Assembly: GCA_003566875.1 (NCBI GenBank)
Contig: PXBQ01000192.1
Location: 1-26,628 of the forward strand
Direction: 5' to 3'
Length of the DNA: 26,628 nt
Source: Spirochaetaceae bacterium
Lineage (GTDB): Bacteria; Spirochaetota; Spirochaetia; DSM-27196; PXBQ01
The position numbers were made by a program, and so were the translations under genes. Positions 1 through 8,377 of this stretch are shown piece after piece (the first letter of the stretch is position 1; each line of letters starts with the position of its first letter). The notes beneath the pieces were generated by a model that was given only the letters and a program-made list of their open reading frames with translations, had not been told where the DNA came from and searched no databases.

Positions 1-906
1 GTCAGCGAGCTCATCGTGATGGCGATGCAAGGTCTCTTGAATGCCGGAGACGAGATGTTGATTCCCACACCCGATTATCCACTCTGGACCGCGGCGGTTC
101 ATCTCTCCGGCGGAAAGGCGGTCCACTACGTCTGCGACGAGGGGCAGGGATGGCTTCCCGATCTCAACGATATTCGGTCAAAAATCACTGCCAATACGAA
201 AGGGATCGTGATCATCAACCCCAATAACCCGACCGGCGCGACCTACCCCGTAGAAATTCTTCAAGGTGTGCACGATATCGCGGCCGAACACGGCTTGATT
301 GTGTACTCCGACGAGATCTACGACAAGATCGTGTACGACGACGTGAAGACGTGTTCGTTGGCGTCTCTCGGAGACGACATTTTCTGCGTAACCTTTGGTG
401 GAATCTCGAAAGTCTACCGCGCGGCGGGGTTCCGCGCGGGGTGGATGGTCTTGAGCGGCAGAAAAGGCCCGGCGGGTGACTATCGTGAAGGGCTCGACAT
501 GCTCGCGAACATGCGGCTCTGCAGTAACGTGCCCGCTCAGTTCGCGATCCAGGCCGCGCTCGGTGGGTACCAGAGCATCATGGACCTTGTCGCTCCGGGA
601 GGACGGTTGCGGCAGCAGCGAGATGCGGCGTACGCGGCAATAACGGCGATACCGGGTGTGAGTTGTGTCAAGCCGAGCGGTGCATTCTACTTGTTCCCGC
701 GTCTTGACGAGAAGATGTTCGGAGTGAAAAACGACCAAGAGTTTGTGCTCGACTTGCTTCGCGAGAAAAAAATTCTGGTCGTGCAGGGCACGGGCTTCAA
801 CTGGATACGACCGGATCACTTTAGGGTTGTTTTTCTTCCCGACGAGGAGACCCTGACGACAGCGATCACCGGCATTGCCGACTTTCTCTCGTGGTACAAA
901 CAGTGA
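1..906 (+). CDS. alaA: PLP-dependent class I/II aminotransferase, AlaA (alanine transaminase) type; 5' end lies outside the window
   Basis: Frame 1 is open from base 1 (VSELIVMAMQGLLN). Motifs YPLW, NPNNPTG, DEIY and the PLP-lysine motif GGISKVYRAAGFRAGW; NWIRPDHFRVVFLP tail typical of AlaA. Confidence 0.88.
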   Translation, partial: VSELIVMAMQGLLNAGDEMLIPTPDYPLWTAAVHLSGGKAVHYVCDEGQGWLPDLNDIRSKITANTKGIVIINPNNPTGATYPVEILQGVHDIAAEHGLIVYSDEIYDKIVYDDVKTCSLASLGDDIFCVTFGGISKVYRAAGFRAGWMVLSGRKGPAGDYREGLDMLANMRLCSNVPAQFAIQAALGGYQSIMDLVAPGGRLRQQRDAAYAAITAIPGVSCVKPSGAFYLFPRLDEKMFGVKNDQEFVLDLLREKKILVVQGTGFNWIRPDHFRVVFLPDEETLTTAITGIADFLSWYKQ

Positions 907-931
907 CGACGCATCGTTTCAGGAGGTTTGC

Positions 932-2407
932 ATGAATGTACGTGTACGGTACGCGCCGTCGCCGACGGGGCTGCAACACATCGGTAGCGTGAGGACCGCC
1001 CTTTTTAACTATCTCTACGCGCGCGCGACGGGCGGCACGTTTGTCTTGCGTATCGAAGATACCGACCGTGAACGGTTTTCTCCCGATGCTCTCGACGATA
1101 TTTACGACACGTTTCGTTGGTTGGGGGTATCGTGGGACGAAGGGCCCGATGTCGGAGGGCCGTACGGGCCGTACTTCCAGTCGCAACGCGCCGATCTTTA
1201 CCGGGCCCACGCCGAGAGTCTGCTTAGCTCGGGCCACGCGTATCGTTGTTACTGCACGGCCGAACGACTCGCCGACCTGCGCGAACAGCAGGCGCAAAAA
1301 AAAGGCGAACAAGGGTACGACCGAAGGTGTCGCACGCTCTCGGACGACGAGAGAACACGCTTAGAAAATTCCGGGGCGCCGTCGGTAATCCGGTTCCGTG
1401 TTCCGCTCGAAGGGAGCTCCGTATTCGAGGACACGATTCTCGGAGCGGTGAAACGGAAGAACCGCGACATTAACCCCGACCCCGTGCTTCTGAAGAGCGA
1501 CGGTTTTCCGACGTACCACTTGGCGAACGTCGTCGACGACCACCTCATGGAGATCACACACATCCTACGCGCGCAGGAGTGGGTTCCTTCGGCCTCGCTG
1601 CACGTTCTGTTGTACGAGGCATTCGGTTGGTCGCCGCCGGTATTCTGCCATTTGCCGATGGTTATGGGCAAGGACGGCAAGAAACTCTCGAAGCGTCACG
1701 GTTCGACGAGTGTCGTTGATTTCAGAACAGCCGGATATCTTAGCGACGCGGTAGTGAACTACATCGCGCTTCTGGGATGGGCGTTCGATGACAAGACCGA
1801 GTTTTTTACGCGTGAGGAGCTCGAGACGAAATTTTCGATCGAGAGACTGAACAAATCGCCGGCGGTTTTTGATTACAAGAAACTCGAGTGGTTCAACGGC
1901 GCGTACATCAGGGCGCTGAGCGACACGGAGTTGGTAGACGCGATGATTCCGTTTCTTGAGATCGCGGGACTCGTCACAAATCCTCCGAGCGCCGAGCACC
2001 GTGAGGTTCTTGACGGCGTTGCGCCGCTCGTGAAGGAAAGATTGAAGCTCCTGTCCGATGCGCCCGAGGCGCTGCGGTTTCTCCTGAGCGAGATCGATCC
2101 GCCGAGTCTCGAAGATCTTGTCCCGAAGAAAGCCGGGCCGAAAGACGCGCTCGTAGCGCTGCAGGAAGCCGAGAAACTGCTCGACGGATTCTTCGATCGA
2201 ACCGACGAACAGAACGAGGAAAGGTTCCGCGAAGCATCCGAAAGACTCGAGATGAAACTCGGCCATCTCCTGATGCCGGTTAGAGCCGCGGTGACGGGAA
2301 GCTCCGTCTCCCCGCCGCTTTTCGGTTCGATCCGACTGCTCGGTGAAGCCAAAACGCGTGCCCGAATCTCCGAGGCGATCGACCGGCTCAAGGAAGCGAC
2401 CGAGTAA
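932..2407 (+). CDS. gltX: Glutamate--tRNA ligase
   Basis: VRVRYAPSPTG start, HIGS (HIGH), LRIEDTD, CYC zinc motif, PTYHLANVVDDH, KLSKR (KMSKS). Start moved from the track's 875 to ATG 932 because AGGAGG lies at 921-926. Confidence 0.97.
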   Translation: MNVRVRYAPSPTGLQHIGSVRTALFNYLYARATGGTFVLRIEDTDRERFSPDALDDIYDTFRWLGVSWDEGPDVGGPYGPYFQSQRADLYRAHAESLLSSGHAYRCYCTAERLADLREQQAQKKGEQGYDRRCRTLSDDERTRLENSGAPSVIRFRVPLEGSSVFEDTILGAVKRKNRDINPDPVLLKSDGFPTYHLANVVDDHLMEITHILRAQEWVPSASLHVLLYEAFGWSPPVFCHLPMVMGKDGKKLSKRHGSTSVVDFRTAGYLSDAVVNYIALLGWAFDDKTEFFTREELETKFSIERLNKSPAVFDYKKLEWFNGAYIRALSDTELVDAMIPFLEIAGLVTNPPSAEHREVLDGVAPLVKERLKLLSDAPEALRFLLSEIDPPSLEDLVPKKAGPKDALVALQEAEKLLDGFFDRTDEQNEERFREASERLEMKLGHLLMPVRAAVTGSSVSPPLFGSIRLLGEAKTRARISEAIDRLKEATE

Positions 2408-2458
2408 CGCGCGGTCATCCTGCGAAGCAACACAACAAAACTACGAAAAGAGGTCAAA

Positions 2459-3823
2459 ATGGCGACAGCGAAGAGTGACATAACGATGGAGAAGATTGTC
2501 TCGCTCTGCAAGAGACGTGGTTTCATCTTCCCATCGTCGGACATCTACGGGGGCTTGAGTTCGGCGTGGGATTATGGCCCGCTTGGGGTCGAACTTAAGA
2601 GCAGGATCCAGAAGTTCTGGTGGCGCGAGATGACGCAACTTCACGACGAGATCGTCGGCATCGACGCATCGATTTTGATGCATCCGCGCGTCTGGGAGGC
2701 GTCGGGCCATGTCTCGAGTTTTTCCGACGTGATGGTAGAGGACACGGTCACGAACGAGAGGTATCGGTGGGATCACCTCACCGATGAGCAGCGGGAGACC
2801 AAGACGTCGCCGAACGGCAATCCACTCTCGGAACCGCGGAAATTCAACCTGATGTTCAAGACGAATCTCGGCCCCGTCGCCGACGACGGTTCGGTCGTGT
2901 ACCTACGGCCCGAGACCGCTCAAGGGATTTACGTTAACTTCAAGAACGTCGTTCAAACCAGTCGCGTCCGGATTCCGTTCGGGATCGCTCAGGTTGGAAA
3001 GGCTTTCCGAAACGAAATCGTGACGAAGAACTTCATTTTTCGGACGTGCGAGTTTGAACAGATGGAGATGCAGTACTTCGTGCATCCGTCGGAAGACACT
3101 CGGTGGTTTGAGTACTGGAAAGCGGAGAGGCTCGCGTACTACGAGAAACTCGGGATCAAGCCGTCCAGACTCCGTTTCGAGGAGCACGGTCCGGACGAGC
3201 TCGCTCACTACGCGAAAGCCGCGTTCGATATACAGTTTGAGTTCCCTTTCGGCTGGCAGGAGCTCGAAGGAATTCACAATCGAACCGATTTTGACCTTTC
3301 GCGGCACTCCGAGTTCTCCGGGAAGGATCTCACGTACCTCGACGATCAAACAAACGAACGATACCTGCCGTACATCATCGAGACATCGGCCGGGCTGACG
3401 CGCAGCGTGCTGATGGCGCTCTGCGACGCGTACGAGGAAGAGGAAGTCGGCGAGAACGACGTCCGGACCGTGTTGCGATTTCATCCCGCGATCGCGCCGA
3501 TCACCGTGGGGGTCTTCCCGCTTGTGAAGAAAGACGGCCTCGCGGACAAAGCGAAGGAAATCGAACGAGCATTACGCGAAGATTTCTCTACGTTTTACGA
3601 TCAAGGTGGAGCAATCGGGCGGCGGTATCGCCGACAGGACGAAATCGGTACGCCGTTCTGTGTGACCGTCGACTACCAAACGATGGAGGATGGAACGGTC
3701 ACTCTTCGGTACCGCGACTCGATGGAACAGCAACGCGTCGCGGTCGCCGAACTCGACGCGACGATCCGGGACGCGATCCGCACGTACAGGAGGACCGACG
3801 CACACAAGAGGACCGAACCATGA
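2459..3823 (+). CDS. glyQS: Glycine--tRNA ligase, homodimeric (alpha2, archaeal/eukaryotic-type)
   Basis: KRRGFIFPSSDIYGG, WDYGPLG, LRPETAQG, GKAFRNEI, EFEQME, anticodon-binding GAIGRRYRRQDEIGTPFCVTVD; GAGG RBS upstream. Confidence 0.97.
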   Translation: MATAKSDITMEKIVSLCKRRGFIFPSSDIYGGLSSAWDYGPLGVELKSRIQKFWWREMTQLHDEIVGIDASILMHPRVWEASGHVSSFSDVMVEDTVTNERYRWDHLTDEQRETKTSPNGNPLSEPRKFNLMFKTNLGPVADDGSVVYLRPETAQGIYVNFKNVVQTSRVRIPFGIAQVGKAFRNEIVTKNFIFRTCEFEQMEMQYFVHPSEDTRWFEYWKAERLAYYEKLGIKPSRLRFEEHGPDELAHYAKAAFDIQFEFPFGWQELEGIHNRTDFDLSRHSEFSGKDLTYLDDQTNERYLPYIIETSAGLTRSVLMALCDAYEEEEVGENDVRTVLRFHPAIAPITVGVFPLVKKDGLADKAKEIERALREDFSTFYDQGGAIGRRYRRQDEIGTPFCVTVDYQTMEDGTVTLRYRDSMEQQRVAVAELDATIRDAIRTYRRTDAHKRTEP

Positions 3824-5043
3824 GTGGTGGTTTTGATGCGCTGACGCGGCGTGGTTTCGTGCAGCAATGTACCGACCACGACGCGGTCTCGCGCGAGCTG
3901 AACGACGGAAAAATCGTGTTCTACGTTGGGTTTGATCCGACCGGTCGGAGTCTGCACGCGGGCCATTTAATCCCTCTTTTTGCGCTCGCGCATCTTGTTC
4001 GTGCGGGGCACACCGCTATCGCATTGGTCGGAGGCGGAACCGCGCGAATCGGTGATCCGTCGGGCAAGACTGAAATGCGAAGAATGCTCACCGTCGAGGA
4101 TATTCAGGCAAACGCGTTGTCGATCCGTGGGCAGATCGACCGGTTTCTTTCGGCGGCCGGAGCATCGGCCGAGATCGTCGACAACGCGGATTGGCTCGCC
4201 GATCTGAATTACATCGAGTTTCTTCGTGATATCGGCCGTCACTTTTCGGTAAACCGGATGTTGTCGTTCGAGACGTACAAGATGCGCCTCGAGACGGGTT
4301 TATCATTCATCGAGTTTAACTATCAGCTTCTTCAGTCTTACGATTTTCTCGAGTTGTACCGCCGGCACGGCTGTACGCTTCAAGTAGGTGGCGACGATCA
4401 GTGGGGCAACATCGTTGCCGGTGCGGATCTAATCCGCAGAGTCGAGGCGGGCCTGGCACAGGGCCTGACGTTTCCCCTCGTAACGCGCGCCGATGGGAAA
4501 AAAATGGGCAAAACCGAGAAAGGCGCCGTCTTTCTCGATCCGGAGCTATGCTCGCCGTACGATTTTTTTCAGTACTGGCGAAACGTCCCGGATCAGGACG
4601 TCGGGCGGTTCCTTAACCTCTACACTTTTCTGCCGGACGACGAGGTCGCGCGCCTCGCGTCGCTGCGCGACAAGGAGATCAACGTCGCAAAAGAGTCACT
4701 CGCGTACGAGTTGACGCGACTTGTTCACGGTGCAGAGCAGGCAAAGACCGCGCGCGAAGCCGCCCGTTCTGCCTTCACCGGCGGCGCCGCAACCGAAGGA
4801 ACTCCTGAACTGATACTCGACGCGGACGAAATCGACGGTCCGGTCGTGATCATCGAGCTTTTTGTCCGTACGGGATTGTGTGGATCAAAGAGCGAAGCCC
4901 GACGGCTGTTCGCACAAGGTGGCGCGTACGTTGACGACGAGGCGCTGAGCGATCCCGACGCGACCGTCGAGCCGGTGCGATTGAAGGAGGGAATCATGCT
5001 GAGGGCCGGGAAGAAACGGTACTACCGCGTCGTCCGCGCATGA
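3820..5043 (+). CDS. tyrS: Tyrosine--tRNA ligase with C-terminal S4 domain
   Basis: YVGFDPTGRSLHAGH (HIGH), QVGGDDQWGNI, KMGKT (KMSKS), S4-like SKSEARRLFAQGGAYV...RAGKKRY; ATGA overlap with the glyQS stop. Confidence 0.97.
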   Translation: MSGGFDALTRRGFVQQCTDHDAVSRELNDGKIVFYVGFDPTGRSLHAGHLIPLFALAHLVRAGHTAIALVGGGTARIGDPSGKTEMRRMLTVEDIQANALSIRGQIDRFLSAAGASAEIVDNADWLADLNYIEFLRDIGRHFSVNRMLSFETYKMRLETGLSFIEFNYQLLQSYDFLELYRRHGCTLQVGGDDQWGNIVAGADLIRRVEAGLAQGLTFPLVTRADGKKMGKTEKGAVFLDPELCSPYDFFQYWRNVPDQDVGRFLNLYTFLPDDEVARLASLRDKEINVAKESLAYELTRLVHGAEQAKTAREAARSAFTGGAATEGTPELILDADEIDGPVVIIELFVRTGLCGSKSEARRLFAQGGAYVDDEALSDPDATVEPVRLKEGIMLRAGKKRYYRVVRA

Positions 5044-5825
5044 ACCGTCGCGGATACGTCGTGGTCTTCGCGGGAGTCGCGAGTATTCTCGTGGTGTGGA
5101 AAATCGCCTCGAACGTGATCGGAGCCGAGATAATCCTGCCAAGCCCAGAACGAACGGTCGCGGAGGTGTTCTCGGTCGTGTCGTCACCACGGTTCTTCGC
5201 GTCGGTTCTCGCGACGACTCGGCGCGGTATCGTGGGTTTTCTGGTTTCGGCGGGGCTCGGTGTCGTTTTCGGCATCGCGGCAGGGCTGTCACGTCCGATC
5301 GGTAACGGGCTACGACCAAGTATCGTCGTGATCCAGTCGACGCCCGTGATGGCGGTTATTCTTCTTGCTTTGATCTGGTTCCGAACGGAAACGGTTCCGG
5401 TGTTCGTCGCGTTTCTTATGACGTTTCCTATCGTGTTCGGAAACGTCCGCGACGGTATCGGCACGGTCGATCCCCATCTGATCGAGATGGCGCGCGTATA
5501 CCGTGTCTCTCGCACCCGAACCCTGCTCTCGGTGTACATTCCTTCGGTCACGCCTTTTTTTCTGGCGGGTATGAGGACGGCGCTCGCATTGACGTGGAAG
5601 GTCGTGATCGCCGCGGAGATCCTTTCTCAGCCGCGATACGGCATCGGAAGTGAGATGAACGAAGCGCGGATCTTCTTGATCACCGCTCGCGTTTTTGCAT
5701 GGACTATCATCGCGATCTCTCTTGCCGCCGTTGGGGACGCGACAATGTACGCGGTGTCGCGGGCCGTTACCGGCCGACGCGCGGCGATCAGCCGGAAACG
5801 GCTCGCGGAGATAGATCGTGGGTGA
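5040..5825 (+). CDS. ABC transporter permease, NitT/TauT/SsuC family
   Basis: Several hydrophobic helices, ILPSP motif, EAA-like loop DPHLIEMARVYRVS, WKVVIAAE; ATGA overlap with tyrS. Confidence 0.9.
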   Translation: MNRRGYVVVFAGVASILVVWKIASNVIGAEIILPSPERTVAEVFSVVSSPRFFASVLATTRRGIVGFLVSAGLGVVFGIAAGLSRPIGNGLRPSIVVIQSTPVMAVILLALIWFRTETVPVFVAFLMTFPIVFGNVRDGIGTVDPHLIEMARVYRVSRTRTLLSVYIPSVTPFFLAGMRTALALTWKVVIAAEILSQPRYGIGSEMNEARIFLITARVFAWTIIAISLAAVGDATMYAVSRAVTGRRAAISRKRLAEIDRG

Positions 5826-6585
5826 CTCGATGCGATCGCGCATGGACGGTCCTGCCGAACCGAGAACCGGGCTGTTTGCGGTCACAAAGAGATTCGGTGC
5901 CACGACGGTTTTCTCCGAGTTCACGATGCCGGTACGACGCGGCGTGACGACGTCGGTGCTCGGACCGTCCGGATGCGGGAAAACGACATTACTGCGGCTT
6001 CTTTCGGGTTTGCTCGATCCGGATTCGGGTGCGGTTGAAGGAGTCGGGCAGGGGCCTCACGGTTTTGTCTTTCAGGACCCGTGTTTGCTTCCTTGGAGAA
6101 CGGTACGGGAGAATATCCGTTTTGTCGTTCCGCGGCAAAAAAGCGATCGCACGCGCGATTTTATCGACGCTCTTCTGCGCGATGTCGGGCTGCTCGCGTG
6201 GGCGGAATCGCTTCCATCGGAGTTATCGGGCGGAATGCGTCGGAGAGTTGCGCTCGCACGCGCGTTCGCTTTGGACACGGAGTTCGTGTTTCTTGACGAG
6301 CCCTTTCAAGGCCTCGACGTTCCTCTGAAACTCGAAATCGTGTCTGTATTTAACGCCCTACGCTCGTCGAGACGCCCGACGGTCGTTTTTGTTACGCACG
6401 ACATACCCGACGCCGCGCTCATGGGCGAGGAGATTGTCGTGCTTTCGGGTGCCCCGACTGCCGTGAGCGAATGCTTTTCGTGTTTGACCGATCCGGGCGA
6501 ACGTTCGCCCGACGATCCCGAGGTGCTCGAGCTTTCTGCGCGGTTGTACCGGTCGGTTCTTGGTTCGAGTCGCGGCGGAGAATGA
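5818..6585 (+). CDS. ABC transporter ATP-binding protein, NitT/TauT/SsuB family
   Basis: Walker A GPSGCGKT, FQDPCLLPWRTVRENI, signature LSGGM, Walker B FLDEPF, H-loop VTHD. Start uncertain (GTG 5818 or ATG 5830). Confidence 0.92.
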   Translation: MGDSMRSRMDGPAEPRTGLFAVTKRFGATTVFSEFTMPVRRGVTTSVLGPSGCGKTTLLRLLSGLLDPDSGAVEGVGQGPHGFVFQDPCLLPWRTVRENIRFVVPRQKSDRTRDFIDALLRDVGLLAWAESLPSELSGGMRRRVALARAFALDTEFVFLDEPFQGLDVPLKLEIVSVFNALRSSRRPTVVFVTHDIPDAALMGEEIVVLSGAPTAVSECFSCLTDPGERSPDDPEVLELSARLYRSVLGSSRGGE

Positions 6586-7525
6586 AACATTGGTGAATTT
6601 TCCGGTCGCGGAAATCCGTCGGGATTGTCGTGTTCGTGATATCGGTGATCTCTCGTGACTCGATCTCGTCGAGCCGGAGTCGAAACTTGCGGTGATTCGT
6701 CGAAAAGAGCACGAACCCGTCGGGCGACAGCAACCTGAGGCACGTGTTGATCAGCGCGGGATGATCACGGAGGATGTCGAGCGTTCCGTCCATTTTTTTG
6801 CTGTTTGAGAACGTCGGCGGATCGAGAATTACGATGTCAAACCGGTTTTTTCGCTCGAGACACCCGCGCAGGTACTCGGCGACGTCGGCGCGAACGAAGG
6901 TTGTGTGGTCGTCGAACAGGCCGTTCAGAGACATATTCTCTTCAGCCCACGCGAGGTACGTGTTGGACAGGTCGACAGAGGTCACCGACGTCGCACCTCC
7001 GGCTGCCGCGTGGACCGAGAAAGACCCCGTGTAACAAAACAGGTTAAGAACCGACTTCCCGACCGAGGTATCGCGGATCATCGAGCGCGTATCGCGGTGG
7101 TCGAGGAAGAGGCCGGTGTCGAGATAATCCGACAAGTTGACGATGAAACGAAGATTGCTCTCGACGACCTCGATTTTCCGGCCCGCCGCACGCAACCTCT
7201 CGTATTGTGAGTTTCCTTTTTGCGGCGTTCGTGTCTTGAGGTACACGTTGTCCGGCTGAACGGATAGCGCGCGTGCAGCCGCCGACACCATCGTATCGAC
7301 CCAATCACGTCGAGCCTGCGAAGCGGCTTCTTCAGGCCGCATGTGCGCAGCTACGACAAGGTTCGACCCATATACCTCAACGGTGAACGGTAGTTCCGGC
7401 ACGTCGCGATCGTAGATCCGAAAGCACGTTGTACCGACCCTTCGTGCCCATCGCGAAAGATGTTTGTGGCGTTTCTTGAGACGGTTCGAGAAAACGACCG
7501 CCTGGTTTTGTGATACGTCGTCCAA
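6419..7525 (-). CDS. rlmK: Class I SAM-dependent rRNA methyltransferase, stand-alone RlmK-like (C-terminal half of RlmKL)
   Basis: FRIYDRDVPE, DYLDTGLFLDHR, VLNLFCYTG, DPPTFSNSK motifs; TTG start 2 nt after the rex stop; C-terminal tail overlaps the ABC ATPase gene. Confidence 0.8.
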   Translation of the reverse strand: MDDVSQNQAVVFSNRLKKRHKHLSRWARRVGTTCFRIYDRDVPELPFTVEVYGSNLVVAAHMRPEEAASQARRDWVDTMVSAAARALSVQPDNVYLKTRTPQKGNSQYERLRAAGRKIEVVESNLRFIVNLSDYLDTGLFLDHRDTRSMIRDTSVGKSVLNLFCYTGSFSVHAAAGGATSVTSVDLSNTYLAWAEENMSLNGLFDDHTTFVRADVAEYLRGCLERKNRFDIVILDPPTFSNSKKMDGTLDILRDHPALINTCLRLLSPDGFVLFSTNHRKFRLRLDEIESREITDITNTTIPTDFRDRKIHQCFILRRDSNQEPTGTTAQKARAPRDRRANVRPDRSNTKSIRSRQSGHPKARQSPRP

Positions 7526-7527
7526 AA

Positions 7528-8169
7528 TTACCTGTCCGTGCCGCGGAGCCGCATTTTCACCGATAGCACCGCGTAACCCGATGAGAGGTCCTCTTTCTGC
7601 ACGACTACGCCGGGCGGAAGTTTCAACTTGACGTTCGTGAAATTCCAGATCGCCGTGATTCCGGCCTTAACGAGCAGATCGGCGACTGCCTGAGCGTGCG
7701 AGGACGGTACGGTGAGAATTGCCATCCGTACCGTGCTCTCTTTGACGATGTCGTGAATCCGTCCGAGCGGATACACGGGGGTTCCGTTAAGGTCTTTGCC
7801 GATCTTCTTTTCGTCGAGATCAAACGCGCCGACGAGGTTCATTCCCCTGCGGCGAAACTCACGGTATCCGAGCAACGCGGTGCCGAGATTACCCGCGCCG
7901 ACGAGAATCGCGTTGTGGTCGCGGTCCCAATGCAAAAACGTGTGGATAGCCTGGATCAACTGATCGACGGGAAACCCGAGTCGCGGTTTTCCGACGACGC
8001 CGGTCACGGCGAGGTCTTTGCGTACCTGGATTGGTTCGAGTTCCAACTCCTCGGCGATCACGGTGCCGGATATATACTCCTTGCCTTCCGCCTGCGCGTT
8101 TTCGACAAGGTGAAGGTACGATGGTAGACGCTTGATTGTCGGTAGGCTGGCCAAACGGGTGCTTTTCAT
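7528..8169 (-). CDS. rex: Redox-sensing transcriptional repressor Rex
   Basis: TIKRLPSY, winged-helix QVRKDL...G...G, Rossmann VGAGNLGTAL, GITAIWNFT; G-rich RBS upstream. Confidence 0.95.
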   Translation of the reverse strand: MKSTRLASLPTIKRLPSYLHLVENAQAEGKEYISGTVIAEELELEPIQVRKDLAVTGVVGKPRLGFPVDQLIQAIHTFLHWDRDHNAILVGAGNLGTALLGYREFRRRGMNLVGAFDLDEKKIGKDLNGTPVYPLGRIHDIVKESTVRMAILTVPSSHAQAVADLLVKAGITAIWNFTNVKLKLPPGVVVQKEDLSSGYAVLSVKMRLRGTDR

Positions 8170-8231
8170 CGTAGATCCCCCCGGTGAAACGGTCTCTTGA
8201 GCGTCATTGTGATCTGCATCGAGCCGAAGCG

Positions 8232-8237
8232 ATTATA
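8232..8237 (-). promoter_or_regulatory. Putative sigma70 -10 hexamer (TATAAT) for rex-rlmK
   Basis: Exact TATAAT on the minus strand about 60 nt upstream of the rex ATG; no good -35 at 16-18 nt. Confidence 0.4.
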
Positions 8238-8340
8238 CCGGATACTCGGACAAATTAATAGGTGTGAACGCGTGACTCAACGGAGTCTCTCGGTTCAAGG
8301 CAAAACACTACGGCTGTCGTGGTGCATCATGAGCGGGTAC

Positions 8341-8370
8341 TTGCGTACGCAACGGTCGGGGTTATACGAT
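8341..8370 (+). promoter_or_regulatory. Putative sigma70 promoter for the beta-propeller/HEAT gene
   Basis: TTGCGT(8341-8346)-N18-TACGAT(8365-8370), 7 nt before ATG 8378. Confidence 0.4.
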
Positions 8371-8377
8371 GGGGAGC

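Noticed and set aside
2725-2850. Short, cysteine-free insertion domain in GlyRS (no zinc ribbon)
   Set aside because: This region is known to vary in alpha2 GlyRS, and T. thermophilus also lacks the cysteines.
8207-8280. Possible Rex operators (TTGTGA at 8208-8213; TGTGAA near 8263)
   Set aside because: Each matches only about 8/14 of TTGTGAA-N4-TTCACAA. These are half-sites only, although the first sits where an autoregulatory site could be.
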